From Eledone cirrhosa (taxonomy: Eukaryota): DNA of 64,000 bases. The notes below the pieces were generated by a model. The model saw nothing but the letters and a program-made list of their open reading frames with translations, was not told the origin of the DNA and did not search any database. This document shows positions 39,227 through 50,259 of the stretch, in pieces; the stretch's first letter is position 1, and every line of letters starts with the position of its first letter. Both the position numbers and the translations under genes were made by a program. The stretch lies in NCBI GenBank assembly GCA_964016885.1, contig OZ024740.1, positions 106,392,001 to 106,456,000 on the forward strand, in the 5' to 3' direction.

Positions 39227-42200
39227 TCTTGGTTGTCCATCGTAAACTATGATGGCATCTTCTTTATTTTAGTTCCCGTCTGCCATGGGACAAGAAGGTG
39301 GTTGTGGAGGCCGATCCTTGACTTGCAGGTCCGGGAACAGTGGTGGCAGAAGAAGAGACCGGAGTCGTTTGTGGCAGCTGTTGATGCCTTTCTCCTCCTT
39401 TCACGGGCCTCAGTGACCTCTGCTCGTCTCTTCTCTTCAAAAGAGTCTTTGGCGCATCTGGTAAGGGCTCGCCTCTCAGTCCTGTCCTGAGCATGAGACT
39501 CGAGTTGTTTTGGCGCGATTCTAGTGTTGTTGATACTGGACTTCACGTAGTCTTTGAACCTCTTGAGAGGCTTGGCCCGCTTTCGTTTCCCCCGAACAGA
39601 GTTCCCCATACATCAGTTGCTTCGGAAGCCTGTGATCGTCCATCCGGATGACATGTTCCACCCATCGAAGTTGGCTCTTCAGTATCATAGCTTTGACACT
39701 GGTTGTCTCAGCCATGTCAAGAACTTCGATGTTGGAGACCTTGTCCTGCCATTTGATGTTCATGATTGACCGCAAGCTGCGCATGTGGAACCGTTCCAGA
39801 TGCTTCGGGTGCCTTCTGTACAGGGTCCATGTCTCACATCCGTAGAGGAGGCTGGTGAGAACAACGGCCCTGTAAACCTTGAGCTTGGTGGACTGCCTGA
39901 TGTTGTGATGGTTCAGGACGCGTGTCCTCAGGTGGCCGAGGGCTTTACTGGCCTTGCAGATCCTGGCGTTTATCTCCTTGTCGAGGCTTCCATCACTGCT
40001 GATGACACTGCCGAGGTACTTAAAGTCGTCCACCGTCTTTAGCTGGGTGCCTCCGATGGAGATGGAAGGAGGGTGGGCGACGGAGGCAGGTGCAGGCTGG
40101 AACAGGACCTCAGTCTTGCCAAGGCTAATTGTGAGACAGAAGAGGCAGGAGGCCTCCGCAAACTTGTTGACGATGAGTTGGAGGTCAGACTCCCTGCGGG
40201 CCATGAGGGCACAGTCGTCAGCAAAAAGTGCCTCCAGGACGATCCTCTGTACGGACCTTGTCTTGGCCGTCAGGCGCCGCAGGTCAAACAGGGATCCGTC
40301 CAGTCTGTATCGCAGATACACTCCGAGCTCGAGGTCCCTGACGGCATGATTGAGCACGCAGGTGAAAGCAGGTTGAAGATAACGGCAGCCACCACGCATC
40401 CTTGTTTGACGCCGTTGGTGATTCCGAACGGCTCCGATGCCTCTCCACCCCAGCGCACCTGCCCGGTCATGTCGTCATGGAATTGCTGTATCAGGTTCAC
40501 AAATTTTGTCGGGCATCCAAACTTCGACAGGATCGACCAGAGGGCTTCTCCTTGACAGTGTCGAATGCCTGCGTCAAGTCTATGAAGACGGCAAAGATTT
40601 CCATGTTCTGCTCGATACACTTCTCCTGCACCTGGCGTACAGAGAAGATCATGTCAATCGTGCTGCGGTTTGGGTGGAACGCCCACTGGGCCTCAGGCAG
40701 GTTGTCCTCCGAGATGTTGGCAATGAGGCGGTTGAGCATGACCCGAGCCAGGACCTTCCCAGCGATGGACAGGAGAGAAATGCCCCGCTAGTTTCCACAG
40801 TCAGTTTTGCTGCCTTTGTTCTTAAAAAGCGAGACAACTGTGGCATCCCTGAAGTCTTTGGGCACCTCTTCTTCTTCCCATATGCTGGCGAGGAGGGTGT
40901 GGAAGGCTCCCAGGGCAGCTGGACTGGCCGACTTGAAGATCTCGGCAGGAATCCCGTCCGTCCCAGGGGCATTTCCTGAGCTGGGCTGGTTGATTGCCTT
41001 CGTGAATTCATCCGACGTGGGGTGGGGGTCGAGGCTGCCGACTACGAGCTTCTGTGGGACCTGGTCGAGGGCGGAAGGGTCGACAGTGGAGGGCCTGTTG
41101 AGCAGGTTGCTGAAGTGCTCTCTCCACCTCGAGTTGATGCTGCTCTTCTCCTTCAGCAGGATCGAGCCATCAGCAGACAGCAGCGGTATGGTGACAGGCT
41201 TGGAGGGTCCGTAGACGTCCCCGACGATGCTGAAGGACATCTTGGGGTTCTTTGTGTTAGCGTATCTCTCGACTTCTTCGGTCTTCTTTTCCCACAACTT
41301 CTCCTGCATTCTGCGTAGCGCTGCTTGGGTCTGCCTCTGGAGGTGCTTGAAGCGGTCGCGCTTCGAGGTGGAGGAGCTGTCATTCTGCCACTCAATGAAA
41401 GACCTCCTCTTCTGGTCCAGGAGTTGTCTGATGCGCTCAATCGTTTTCATCAAACCAGTCCTGGTGGTCTCTCTTCCTCGGCCCGATGGCTGCCTTGGCT
41501 GACTCTGTCACCAGCGACCTGAACTGGTCCCACTGTTGAGTTGGGGTATGGTCAGTGGTCCATGGGCAGTCAGCCGGCCGTCCAGGTCTTCCGCGAACGC
41601 ATTACGATGCTCTGGCTGCTTGAGTCGTGCGACGTCGAAAGCTGGCCTACAGACTTTCGGAGTCTTACGATGCGTCGGCGAGATGTGCAGTGACAGGATG
41701 GTCCTGACAAGCCGATGGTCGGTCCAACACTCTGCACCACGCATGGCCCTGGTTATTCTGACGTCACGGATGTCCCTCCTGCGGCATATGGCAAAGTCAA
41801 TCAGATGCCACTGTTTGGATCTGGGGTGCATCCATGTCGTCTTGAACTTGTCTGCCTGGCGGAACAGTGCGCTGGTGATGGTGAGGTCGTTCTCGGCGCA
41901 GAAACTCAACAGTATGAGGCCATTAGAGTTCAGCTTCCCTGTGCCGTGAGGTCCCAGCACGCCTCTTCAGTTGCTGCTGTCAGACCCGACTCTTGCGCTG
42001 AAGTCCCCCAGTAGGATGAGTTTATCGCTTGGGGGGAACGCCCTTCACGAGTGCGTTGAATTCCCCGTAGAAAGCGTCCTTTGCTTCATCGTTGCTGGTG
42101 AGAGGGGTGCGTACGCGCTAATGACTGTGACATGCCGAGATGGGTCGAGGGGGAAGCGGAGCTTCATCAGCCGCTCACTCACATGTGTTGGGAGGTCTGG

Positions 42201-43264
42201 TAGCTGCTTGCAGAGTGAAGTCCTGATGGCCAGGCTTACCCCGTGGATTCTGTACTCGTCCTTTGCATTGCCCTTCCAGAAGAAGGTGTAGCCTCCTTTC
42301 GGTTCTGCTACTGATCCTTCTTCGGCAAGTCTAGTCTCGCTGAGGGCGGCTATGTCGATCCGGTAGCGAGCTAATACCCTTGATTTGAGGGCAGTTCTTC
42401 TCTCTGGCCTCAAAGAGGTTTTCCTATCCATGAGGGTGCGCATATTCCATGCGCCAAGAATCAAGTTCTTCTTTCTATTATGTTGGTTTCGACCGCTTGC
42501 AAGGGTAAAACCGCCAGCCGCGGTAGACTGGCCGGCTTTGTGTGGGATGAGCATTTGGTTAGGGCTCCTTTTATCGCCCCTCCCCTCGTGCTAGTGTGAG
42601 CAGTGCTCCCCTGAAAAGGGCTGCTCAGTCGCCCGGTGGAATTCCTGATCTCCTCTGTCATCCCAGGGTCAGGAGGAGAACGACTTGCGCATCCAGGCCG
42701 CCCATCGCCGCAGGGCTTTGGGAGTGCACGCTAAAGAAGAAACCTGTGCGGAAAAGGTTTATAGTGGGAGGGCCAGTGCACAGTGACGGTCCCACTCACT
42801 CGGCCGCAGAAGCCAGAATCCGGTGGTACGGAGGATCGTCACAACCAGGGACTTCCTTGGCAGCAGTGGATGGCCACGACGTCTGTACTGCTTTGCCGTG
42901 CCCTAGCACTCCACACCGCTTGCTGTAACCACCTTCGTGATCGTTAGGACGATGTTGTCCTCCTCCACTCATTCCACCGGGTCCAGTCTTTGTATGCAGG
43001 GGCAGGCATCCCCTATCTAACTCGCCGAGAGGTTTCAGACCCGTCCGGCTACCCTCAACCTGGTTCGGCCCGCCAGCCAAGGCGGTTTACCAGGGTGTGG
43101 CCGCTGTCGCATGCTACAGCTTCTTGGGGCCACATGTGAGAGCTGAGTGTAGGTGGGACTCCATGCAGGACGAGCTGTCCTGAAAAGGGCATGGCTAGCG
43201 CGCCCCCCCCCCCCCCCATCCCCACCCTCTACAGAGGTACATGCCTCTCCCTGACACCCCAGGC
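39225..43264 (-). mobile_element. Near full-length RTE-BovB-like LINE (5' UTR, APE endonuclease, RT, C-terminal C2H2), multiply frameshifted
   Basis: GAWNMRTL, IDIAALSETRL, TWMHPRSKQWHLID, TDHRLV, APGTDGIP, FIDLTQAFDTV, GVKQGC, LFADDCAL, FKYLGS, CHHCSRTCKSRIGLHNH; visibly GC-richer than the flanks. Confidence 0.95.
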
Positions 43265-43532
43265 ATATACACACTATATACATACACATACAGTACATAT
43301 GTACATGTGTGTATACATATTTACACATTTTTGGGGGGAAGGCCGTTGACTCTTATCAGTTCTTCCGCCCTTTTTCAGGTTTTGTTTTTGTCCTGCAGGA
43401 TGTCCAAAATCACCCTCCTCACCAAGTAAACTTGGTGGGGTTGCCAGTTTAGTCGCCGACGACCCGACCATGCGACAGGTTGTATTGGTTTACATGTTAC
43501 CAGTAGCACTCAAGAGTGACCTGACAATAAAG

Positions 43533-43592
<60 letters not shown>

Positions 43593-43934
43593 GTGTGTGT
43601 GTGTATCTATGTAGGTAAATGTGTGTGTGTATCTATGTAGGTAAATGTGTGTGTGTATCTATGTAGGTAAATGTGTACTATAAGAGAAATGCTAAGAGGA
43701 AGTTTTAAAGAGAGAGAGTAATGGGAGGGAGAGCTGAGTCATGTTGTCAATTACGTAATCAGTTTCCATGACATCGACTAAGAGTGCTGCGTTCTAATTA
43801 CATCTTCCCAATTAAAACATATTATTGGATCTTAATAATTAACTTATAATTAAGTATGCACATCTTTACAAATATATGATTGGTTATTAAAGAAACTGCG
43901 ACACATAGAAATCTTACATTTAAATTCAACCACT

Positions 43935-44145
43935 TGATTGGCAGTATCGGTAGAGGGTCGGACGCCATGCTTTGCAGCATAGAGTTACGGCCCTTTATGA
44001 TATGAGTTCAAATTCCGCCGAGGTTAATATTGCCTTTCATCCTTACGAGGTCGATAAAATAAGTACCACTTATGCACCGGGGTCGATTTAATCGACTTTC
44101 CCCTCCCCAAAAATTGCTGGCCTTGTGCCTATATAAGAAACCATT
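43935..44145 (+). mobile_element. Near full-length Nin-type SINE
   Basis: TGGCAGTATCGGTAG...GAGTTCAAATTCCGCCGAGG...GCCTTTCATCCTTACGAGGTCGATAAA. Confidence 0.85.
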
Positions 44146-44614
44146 CCTTTCGCAAATGCTAAATATTTCTTTCATCAATTTGCAGACCTGTGAGATCTCC
44201 CACCCACTTTGGTGGGGTGGGTGAGAGATGTCTTCTCTTATGAAGATGGTTATAGTTTTCATTATGTAAAATCTCCCCATTTTGCCTCATTTCTCTCCGT
44301 TTTGAGGCATGTTTTTTTATGGTAATCCCCGCTTGGGTTTTTAGAGGTTAGCAGGTGTGAATTTGTTTCTGAATTAACACGTATTTCAGTTCTAATGTTA
44401 ATTATGTAGGAGGAGATATGCAAGGCTGAATAGTTAAGAAGTTCGCTTTGCAATCACTATGTCCCGGGTTCGATCCCACTGCGTTGCAGCTTGAGAAAGT
44501 GGCTTGGATGATCTCAAGCTTTGTGAAGGAACTTAGATAAACAGAAACTGTTTAGAAGTATGTAGGATAGACTGTACCTGTAATTCAAAGGGCCAGCCTT
44601 GTCACGCCCTCTAC

Positions 44615-45003
44615 AGCCCCACATGTATTGTAAGGTCTGTGTGATAGTTTGTCTTGTCCAACCCCACATGTATTGTAAGCTCTATATTCTAGTTTGTCTT
44701 GTCCAACCCCACATGTATTGTAAGCCCTATATTCTAGTTTCTTTTGTTCAATCCCAAATGCATTGTAAGCACTGTGTTCTAATTTGTCTTGTCCAGCCTC
44801 ACATGTATTGCAAGCCGTGTCATAGTTTGTCTTGTCCAACTCCACATGTATTGTAAGCCTTATATTCTAATTTGTCTTGTCCAGCCTCACATGTTTTGTA
44901 AGCACTGTATCATAGTTTGTCTTGTCCAGCCTCACATGTATTGTAAGCACTGTGTTCTAATATGTCTTGCCCAGCCCCACATGTATTGTAAGCACTGTGT
45001 TCA
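44615..45003. repeat. 45-bp minisatellite, ~9 diverged copies
   Basis: Unit CCCCACATGTATTGTAAGC.CT.T.TTCTAGTTTGTCTTGTCCA(A/G); offset of 45 between 44661 and 44706. Confidence 0.92.
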
Positions 45004-45967
45004 TAGGCCTTGAGGCTGATCAATGAATAAATATTTGTATTAATCCTTCAAATGCATTCTTATTGAAAGTTGTCATGCAAGGCTGTCAATGTTTTGTTAT
45101 TTTTTTGTGGTTAGTTTTGTTGATGTTCTCGTTGTTTGTTGTTGTAGTCGCTGTCATTGATTTGTAATTGCTTTTGTTATTGTCGTTCTTGTTATTATCG
45201 CAGATGTTCTTAGTATCGATATTGTTTCCATTGTTGTTGTTGTTATACTAGATGATGATGATAGTAATGATATCGTGAATGTTGTTGTTGCTGCTGCTGT
45301 TGTTGTTGTTGCTACTGCCGTTTGTTATCTCTAGATCAATTCTCTGGTCGAGCAGTTCTATGATCAAAAGTGTTTCATTCGAAACCATCCCTGCACTCTT
45401 TATATTTCTACGACTGAATTGCCAAATATCTCCTTTCAAAAAATATCTCCTATCAACATTAGAATATGATTTAAGGGAATGTGGTGGGTGATTCTACAGG
45501 CTGAGTGACAGGATATCTTAGGTATTAGAGGGAAGTTATATAAACTGTGGGGTGGGATTGAGTTCATTCCGGAAAAATACTTGCGTTTCTCTGTGTTGTG
45601 TCTTCGTTGTAGTACTAAATTTAATAATATATTAAATCTCGTCCCATCGACTGAGAGTTCTACACTTTCGATATCTTTAGCAAATTATTACTACTATATA
45701 TATATATATATGTGTGTGTGTGTTCTGCGAGGTTAAGATAATATAAAATATGTTTAAAAAAGGTGGGCGAAGACAATGGGAAAACGGACCGTCTCTCACA
45801 TTGGTCGACAGCTAGAGGTCCTCGTGGTTTCAGTGCTTTGTGTGAATATATATTTCTGTGAATATATATATATTTATGTTGTGAGTTTTACCAAGGGGTA
45901 GAACTCTTCTCTATTTTCTGTTTGTGTTTGCCGTAATCCTTTTATCGATTAACTATTTTTGCAATCT

Positions 45968-46041
45968 ACACGTGATGATGTCGCCAAAGTCTTACATCAT
46001 GATCGGATGATATAACTAGGCCATTGAAATACGTATAGTGT
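45968..46041 (+). ncRNA. Hammerhead-like motif with a mutated first core base
   Basis: ACAC-GTGATGA-TGTCGCC...GGCCATT-GAAA-TACGTA-TA-GTGT; palindromic stem III ATACGTAT. Confidence 0.6.
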
Positions 46042-46253
46042 TTCTGCAACACTAAAAGACTTTAAAGGAATATTTCCAGTCCGGTGGTCGAGTAAGTCAG
46101 AGAATTTAGCCGGCTTAATCGCAGACGCAAACCATGATTTGCGCTACCAAGAAAATATAATAAATTTATTCTAAAACTTTTCTTTAACAACGTATAGAGA
46201 ATCATTATCCTTATATGGACAACTAATCTATTTACCGACACGTCAATCACATA

Positions 46254-47007
46254 CTCTCGGGTCTCATAAAATAGGGAGTGGGTGGAATAAGAGGGGGGGT
46301 TGAACATTTGCATAAATTATTATAAGCGAGAAGGGGGGTGAAATAAACGGGGGTTTGGGAAATCGGTAATCGTATAGTGTACGTTCGTAAATATGGGATT
46401 TCTTGTAATATTCTTTTTTGTAATAGAGTTACAGCCCTTTACGTTCTGAGTTCAAATCCCGCCTTTCATCCTTACGGGGTCGATAAAATTAAGTACCAGT
46501 GATGCACTGGATCAATTTAATATACTTGTCCCTCTTCACAAATTGTTGACCTTGTGCCAAAATGAGAAATCATTCCTTGCTATTCTGAGTTCAAATCCCG
46601 CCGAGGTTAACTTTGCCTTTCATCCTTACGGGGTCGATAAAATAAAGTACCAGTGGTGCACTGGGGAATTGCTGGCCTTGTGCCAAAAGTAGAAACAATT
46701 ATTTAATTAAAATTTTCTAGCTTGTCTCCCATGATTTTTTTAAACCAAAATTAGTTATTTAGTTTATATATCCTAATTATTTTATAACATATGGCATTTC
46801 TTGTAATGTTGTTGTTGTTTTTTTGCATATATAATGTTTTTTAATGTAAAATAAAATTATTATTAGATTCTGCATCTGCTATATCACCATGAATCATTTA
46901 CAATAAAATTTCGCCGGAGATAGTTTAGCGAAATTTAATAAGAGGGAGTGTTGGAAAAAATCTGAAAAATGAATAAGAAGGGGGGGGGGTTATTCAAGAC
47001 CTGAGAG
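46254..47007. mobile_element. MITE-like DNA transposon (TA target site, Tc1/mariner-type) with two nested Nin SINEs (46425-46575, 46580-46705)
   Basis: TA-CTCTCGGGTCT ... AGACCTGAGAG-TA terminal inverted repeats. Confidence 0.6.
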
Positions 47008-47012
47008 TATGC

Positions 47013-47100
47013 TACGCCCCTGAACAGATGGCAATTCTACTGCAGATAGTTTGTCAACAGTCTGGAATTAGCTGTCGAAATGGCAAGAGCTCAGCCGTCA
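47013..47100 (+). ncRNA. Decayed hammerhead-like motif
   Basis: CCC-CTGAACA-GATGGCAATTC...GAATTAGCTGTC-GAAATGGC...GCCGTC. Same family as the half-motifs at 57858 and 63931. Confidence 0.5.
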
Positions 47101-48146
47101 AGTATTGCCTCTTTCTAATATAGTCACACACTACTATTGAATAATGATCTTTCTAGTTTAATACTATTTAGATTAAAGTTTAAGCAAAGAATCGCTGCTT
47201 TCACCCTTAACGGGATCTTCTGAAACTAACAAAGTCAATCTGTAAACGCAGAACTGAATATTTAAAAAAAGGTTGCAACCGGAGGAAGACAGGATGACGA
47301 TACTTTGGTTCGTGGAAACGTTCGCTGGCAGAGAACGGGAAAAAACGAATAATACGTCATTAATAAAAAACAATTACGCGCAAAGACAGAACCACGTTTA
47401 TGGTATAAAAGAGGTCGTAGACTAATGTTCTCTTAGGTGGTGCATAGAGACGTTCTCTGGCAATGAACGAAAAAACGAAGATAATAAGTCATATGTGGAG
47501 CGTGGAGAACAATAGCACGCAAAGACAAAACCACGTAAATGGTATAGCAGAAGTCGTAGACTAAAATTCTAACTAGGAGACCAAATGAATCTCCGCTACA
47601 GAGTTAAGAACAAAGTAAATAAATACAATACAGAAGTAATAGAAACAAATAAATACATACACGCAAACAGATACGTACATACACAAGCATACGCAAAACC
47701 TTACCATAGGTATACAAAACCACGCACATATAAATATGTGTGTGTGTGTATGCTTGTGTACAAATAAATAAATAATTATATAAACGTATATAAGTAAATA
47801 AATACGTATATAACAAGCGCACACACATACCTACAAATAAATACACGAATGTTCGGAGACGTAAGTCAACTAAAACAAGAAGTACACATATACACACACC
47901 CACCATACGTACGAACCTGCATACTCACGCAGACGCAAAACTCCCGTATACACATAGCCAAACCCTAAATACCAGAATATGAAAAGATTATACGCCATAA
48001 CAATCAAATATACGTACGAAAGGGTATACATACCTTCACAAAACATACAGGTAATATATACTTACCTATGCAAATAAGTAAAGGAATAAACAAAACATAT
48101 ACTTAGCTCCCACATCAAGACGTAAAATATCCACGTATAGATCGTG

Positions 48147-48480
48147 CTATCCGTTAGGGTATAACGTGGGGCTGTAATACAGGAAAGTTTTGTGCAATTT
48201 ATGTTTACAAGCGGAAATTGCCTCAGATTTTTGGTTTAAGATGTGGTCTGTGGCGTAGAGTATTTCCAGGGCCTCAGCGGCGCAGAGGTCACATGGTCTT
48301 TTATTTCCGTTATACGATCTAGCCCTAGCTAGGATGTCCCAGTGTAACTTATAATGGGTGTGGTTGTCTTTTAGACTCCAGATATAAGCTGAAAGTGACG
48401 TCATATTCCTTCTTAGAGGGTAACGAAAAGAATGGGTATGCATATAAAGACGCTGCTTGAAACTATTGGCGGTTAACCCT
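48147..48480 (-). pseudogene. PLE GIY-YIG endonuclease C-terminal fragment
   Basis: Same motif set as the endonuclease at 36300-36750. Confidence 0.8.
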
Positions 48481-48755
48481 TATGACTTATTATCTTCGTT
48501 TTTTCGTTCATTGCCAGAGAACGTCTCTATGCACCACCTAAGAGAACATTAGTCTACGACCTCTTTTATACCATAAACGTGGTTCTGTCTTTGCGCGTAA
48601 TTGTTTTTCACCGCTCCTATTAATGACGTATTATTCGTTTTTTCCCGTTCTCTGCCAGCGAACGTTTCCACGAACCAAAGTATCGTCTTCCTGTCTTCCT
48701 CCGGTTGCAACGTTTTTTTAAATATCCAGTTCTGCGTTTACAGATTGACTTTGTT

Positions 48756-48806
48756 AGTTTCAGAAGATCCCGTTAAGGGTGAAAGCAGCGATTCTTTGCT
48801 TAAACT
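48756..48806 (+). ncRNA. Hammerhead-like motif with CAGAAGA core (mirror copy at 47177-47227, minus strand)
   Basis: AGTTT-CAGAAGA-TCCC GTTAA GGGT-GAAAGCAG...TTGCTT-AAACT. Confidence 0.6.
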
Positions 48807-48822
48807 TTAATCTGTTATTTTA

Positions 48823-48867
<45 letters not shown>

Positions 48868-49040
48868 TTTAGGTTTATTGGTTCACCACTGGATAGAACT
48901 GGTCATTCCGTATGGTCAACCTTGATGTAATATTAGGGAGAGCACTCGACGTCATGCAACTCACCCGTCTTCGTTTGTGTTGTTGGTGGTGCGAGTACTG
49001 AGATAAATTATTATAAAATAACAGGAGGCTGGGTTGGTGT

Positions 49041-49138
49041 AATTCCTTAAAGGTTTATTTTACTATGAACATTTCAATGACCGGCTTCAGTATGAATCCG
49101 GTGACATCATCAGGTATTCGAAATTTAACAAAGGAATT
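49041..49138 (-). ncRNA. Type I hammerhead ribozyme motif
   Basis: Minus strand reads AAUUCCUU...UAC-CUGAUGA-UGUCACCGG AUUCA UAC UGAAG CCGGUCAUU-GAAA-UGUUCA-UA-GUA...AAGGAAUU. Confidence 0.75.
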
Positions 49139-49362
49139 GGGCTGAAAAGGCAGAAAGACAAGAAGGCGGCCACACATTTAGCAGTTTGTAGTTCGGTCGA
49201 CCGCCTATATGTATATATATATATATATATATGCAAAAGTTCTATTTAAATTGTTGGGATACAACAAGCAAATATTTTTATAACTGATATAAAGCACTCA
49301 ATAAATAATTGGAGTAAAAATACGATATTCACAAATGGAAACTATATTTATAAAACCATATT

Positions 49363-49427
49363 TATTTCATTATACATATTTCAAGGACACCAAGTTAAAT
49401 TATTGTGTGCTTTCATCAGATAAAATA
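49363..49427 (-). ncRNA. Type I hammerhead ribozyme motif (left arm of palindrome)
   Basis: Exact reverse complement of 49585-49649. Confidence 0.8.
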
Positions 49428-49584
49428 TAATATAGAGCAGTTTTATAAATAAATATTGACATACCCTTAAAGAATGCAACCATTACTGTTGGAAGCTCCC
49501 GGAAGCTATCCGGTAGCATCCAACAGTAATGGTTGCATTCTTTAAGGGTATGTCAATATTTATTTATAAAACTGCTCTATATTA

Positions 49585-49649
49585 TATTTTATCTGATGAA
49601 AGCACACAATAATTTAACTTGGTGTCCTTGAAATATGTATAATGAAATA
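49585..49649 (+). ncRNA. Type I hammerhead ribozyme motif (right arm of palindrome)
   Basis: TATTTTAT-CTGATGA-AAGCACAC...GTGTCCTT-GAAA-TATGTA-TA-ATGAAATA. Confidence 0.8.
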
Positions 49650-49922
49650 AATATGGTTTTATAAATATAGTTTCCATTTGTCAATATCGTATATATATAT
49701 ATATATATATTTCGTTTCTGAATTTGTTTAGCAAGATTCTTTATCTGAAAACGTGTGTTGAAACCGATATTGTTATGCTTTGGGAGGGTCATGTTGCCAA
49801 GAACAAACACACGCACCAGCTGCTTTCACTTCAATTTATTATAAATTAGGTTTATAAATTTAGGAATTTATAAATTTCCGGTTGGTTGGTTGGTTCCACA
49901 ACTAGACGATTGTTCATATATT

Positions 49923-49965
49923 GTCAAAGTTCTTTCGTCACACATTCTGTGACCTCTTCAGTGAC
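49923..49965 (-). ncRNA. Minimal hammerhead motif downstream of the 555-aa PLE ORF
   Basis: Minus strand reads GUCA-CUGAAGA-G-GUCACA GAAUG UGUGAC-GAAA-GAAC-UU-UGAC. Confidence 0.7.
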
Positions 49966-50259
49966 TGGGGATTCTTTTCTTTGTTTTAGTGCCTCTCCTT
50001 TGTTCTGTCCTACGCCATCTTGTTTTTGTGTGTGTTGTGTGCTTAGTTTGCGCATGTGTTACATCCGGGTGTCTGTGTGTGTTTATATTTGTTTATTTAT
50101 TTGTTTATTTACATGTTACTGGTTTGTTGTTTGTTCTATGTGTGTGTGTGTGTGTGTTCATTTTGTCCTTAATTGTAAGTTGTGAAGTTGCTATTCGATT
50201 CATGTTTTCTATTTAATTTAGGTTGGCGTTCATTTATGTTTATTGCCTATGTGATTTGT

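Larger units (their letters stand above)
47170..48812 (-). mobile_element. 5'-truncated PLE with inverted pLTR (47170-47493 vs 48481-48812) and a GIY-YIG remnant
   Basis: Long inverted repeat. ORF 48147-48443 reads HSFR...TSLSAYIWSLKD...W.IL.RA.SY...CDLC..E...LNQKSE..S.CKH. Confidence 0.88.
49320..49692. repeat. ~373-bp near-perfect palindrome (centre 49506) carrying two divergent HHRs
   Basis: Arms pair up to CCGGA-AGCTA-TCCGG; only about 3 mismatches seen. Confidence 0.95.

Noticed and set aside
39554-42928. Plus-strand ORFs over the BovB-like LINE (and likewise 61232-63781)
   Set aside because: Antisense shadows of the LINE coding strand.
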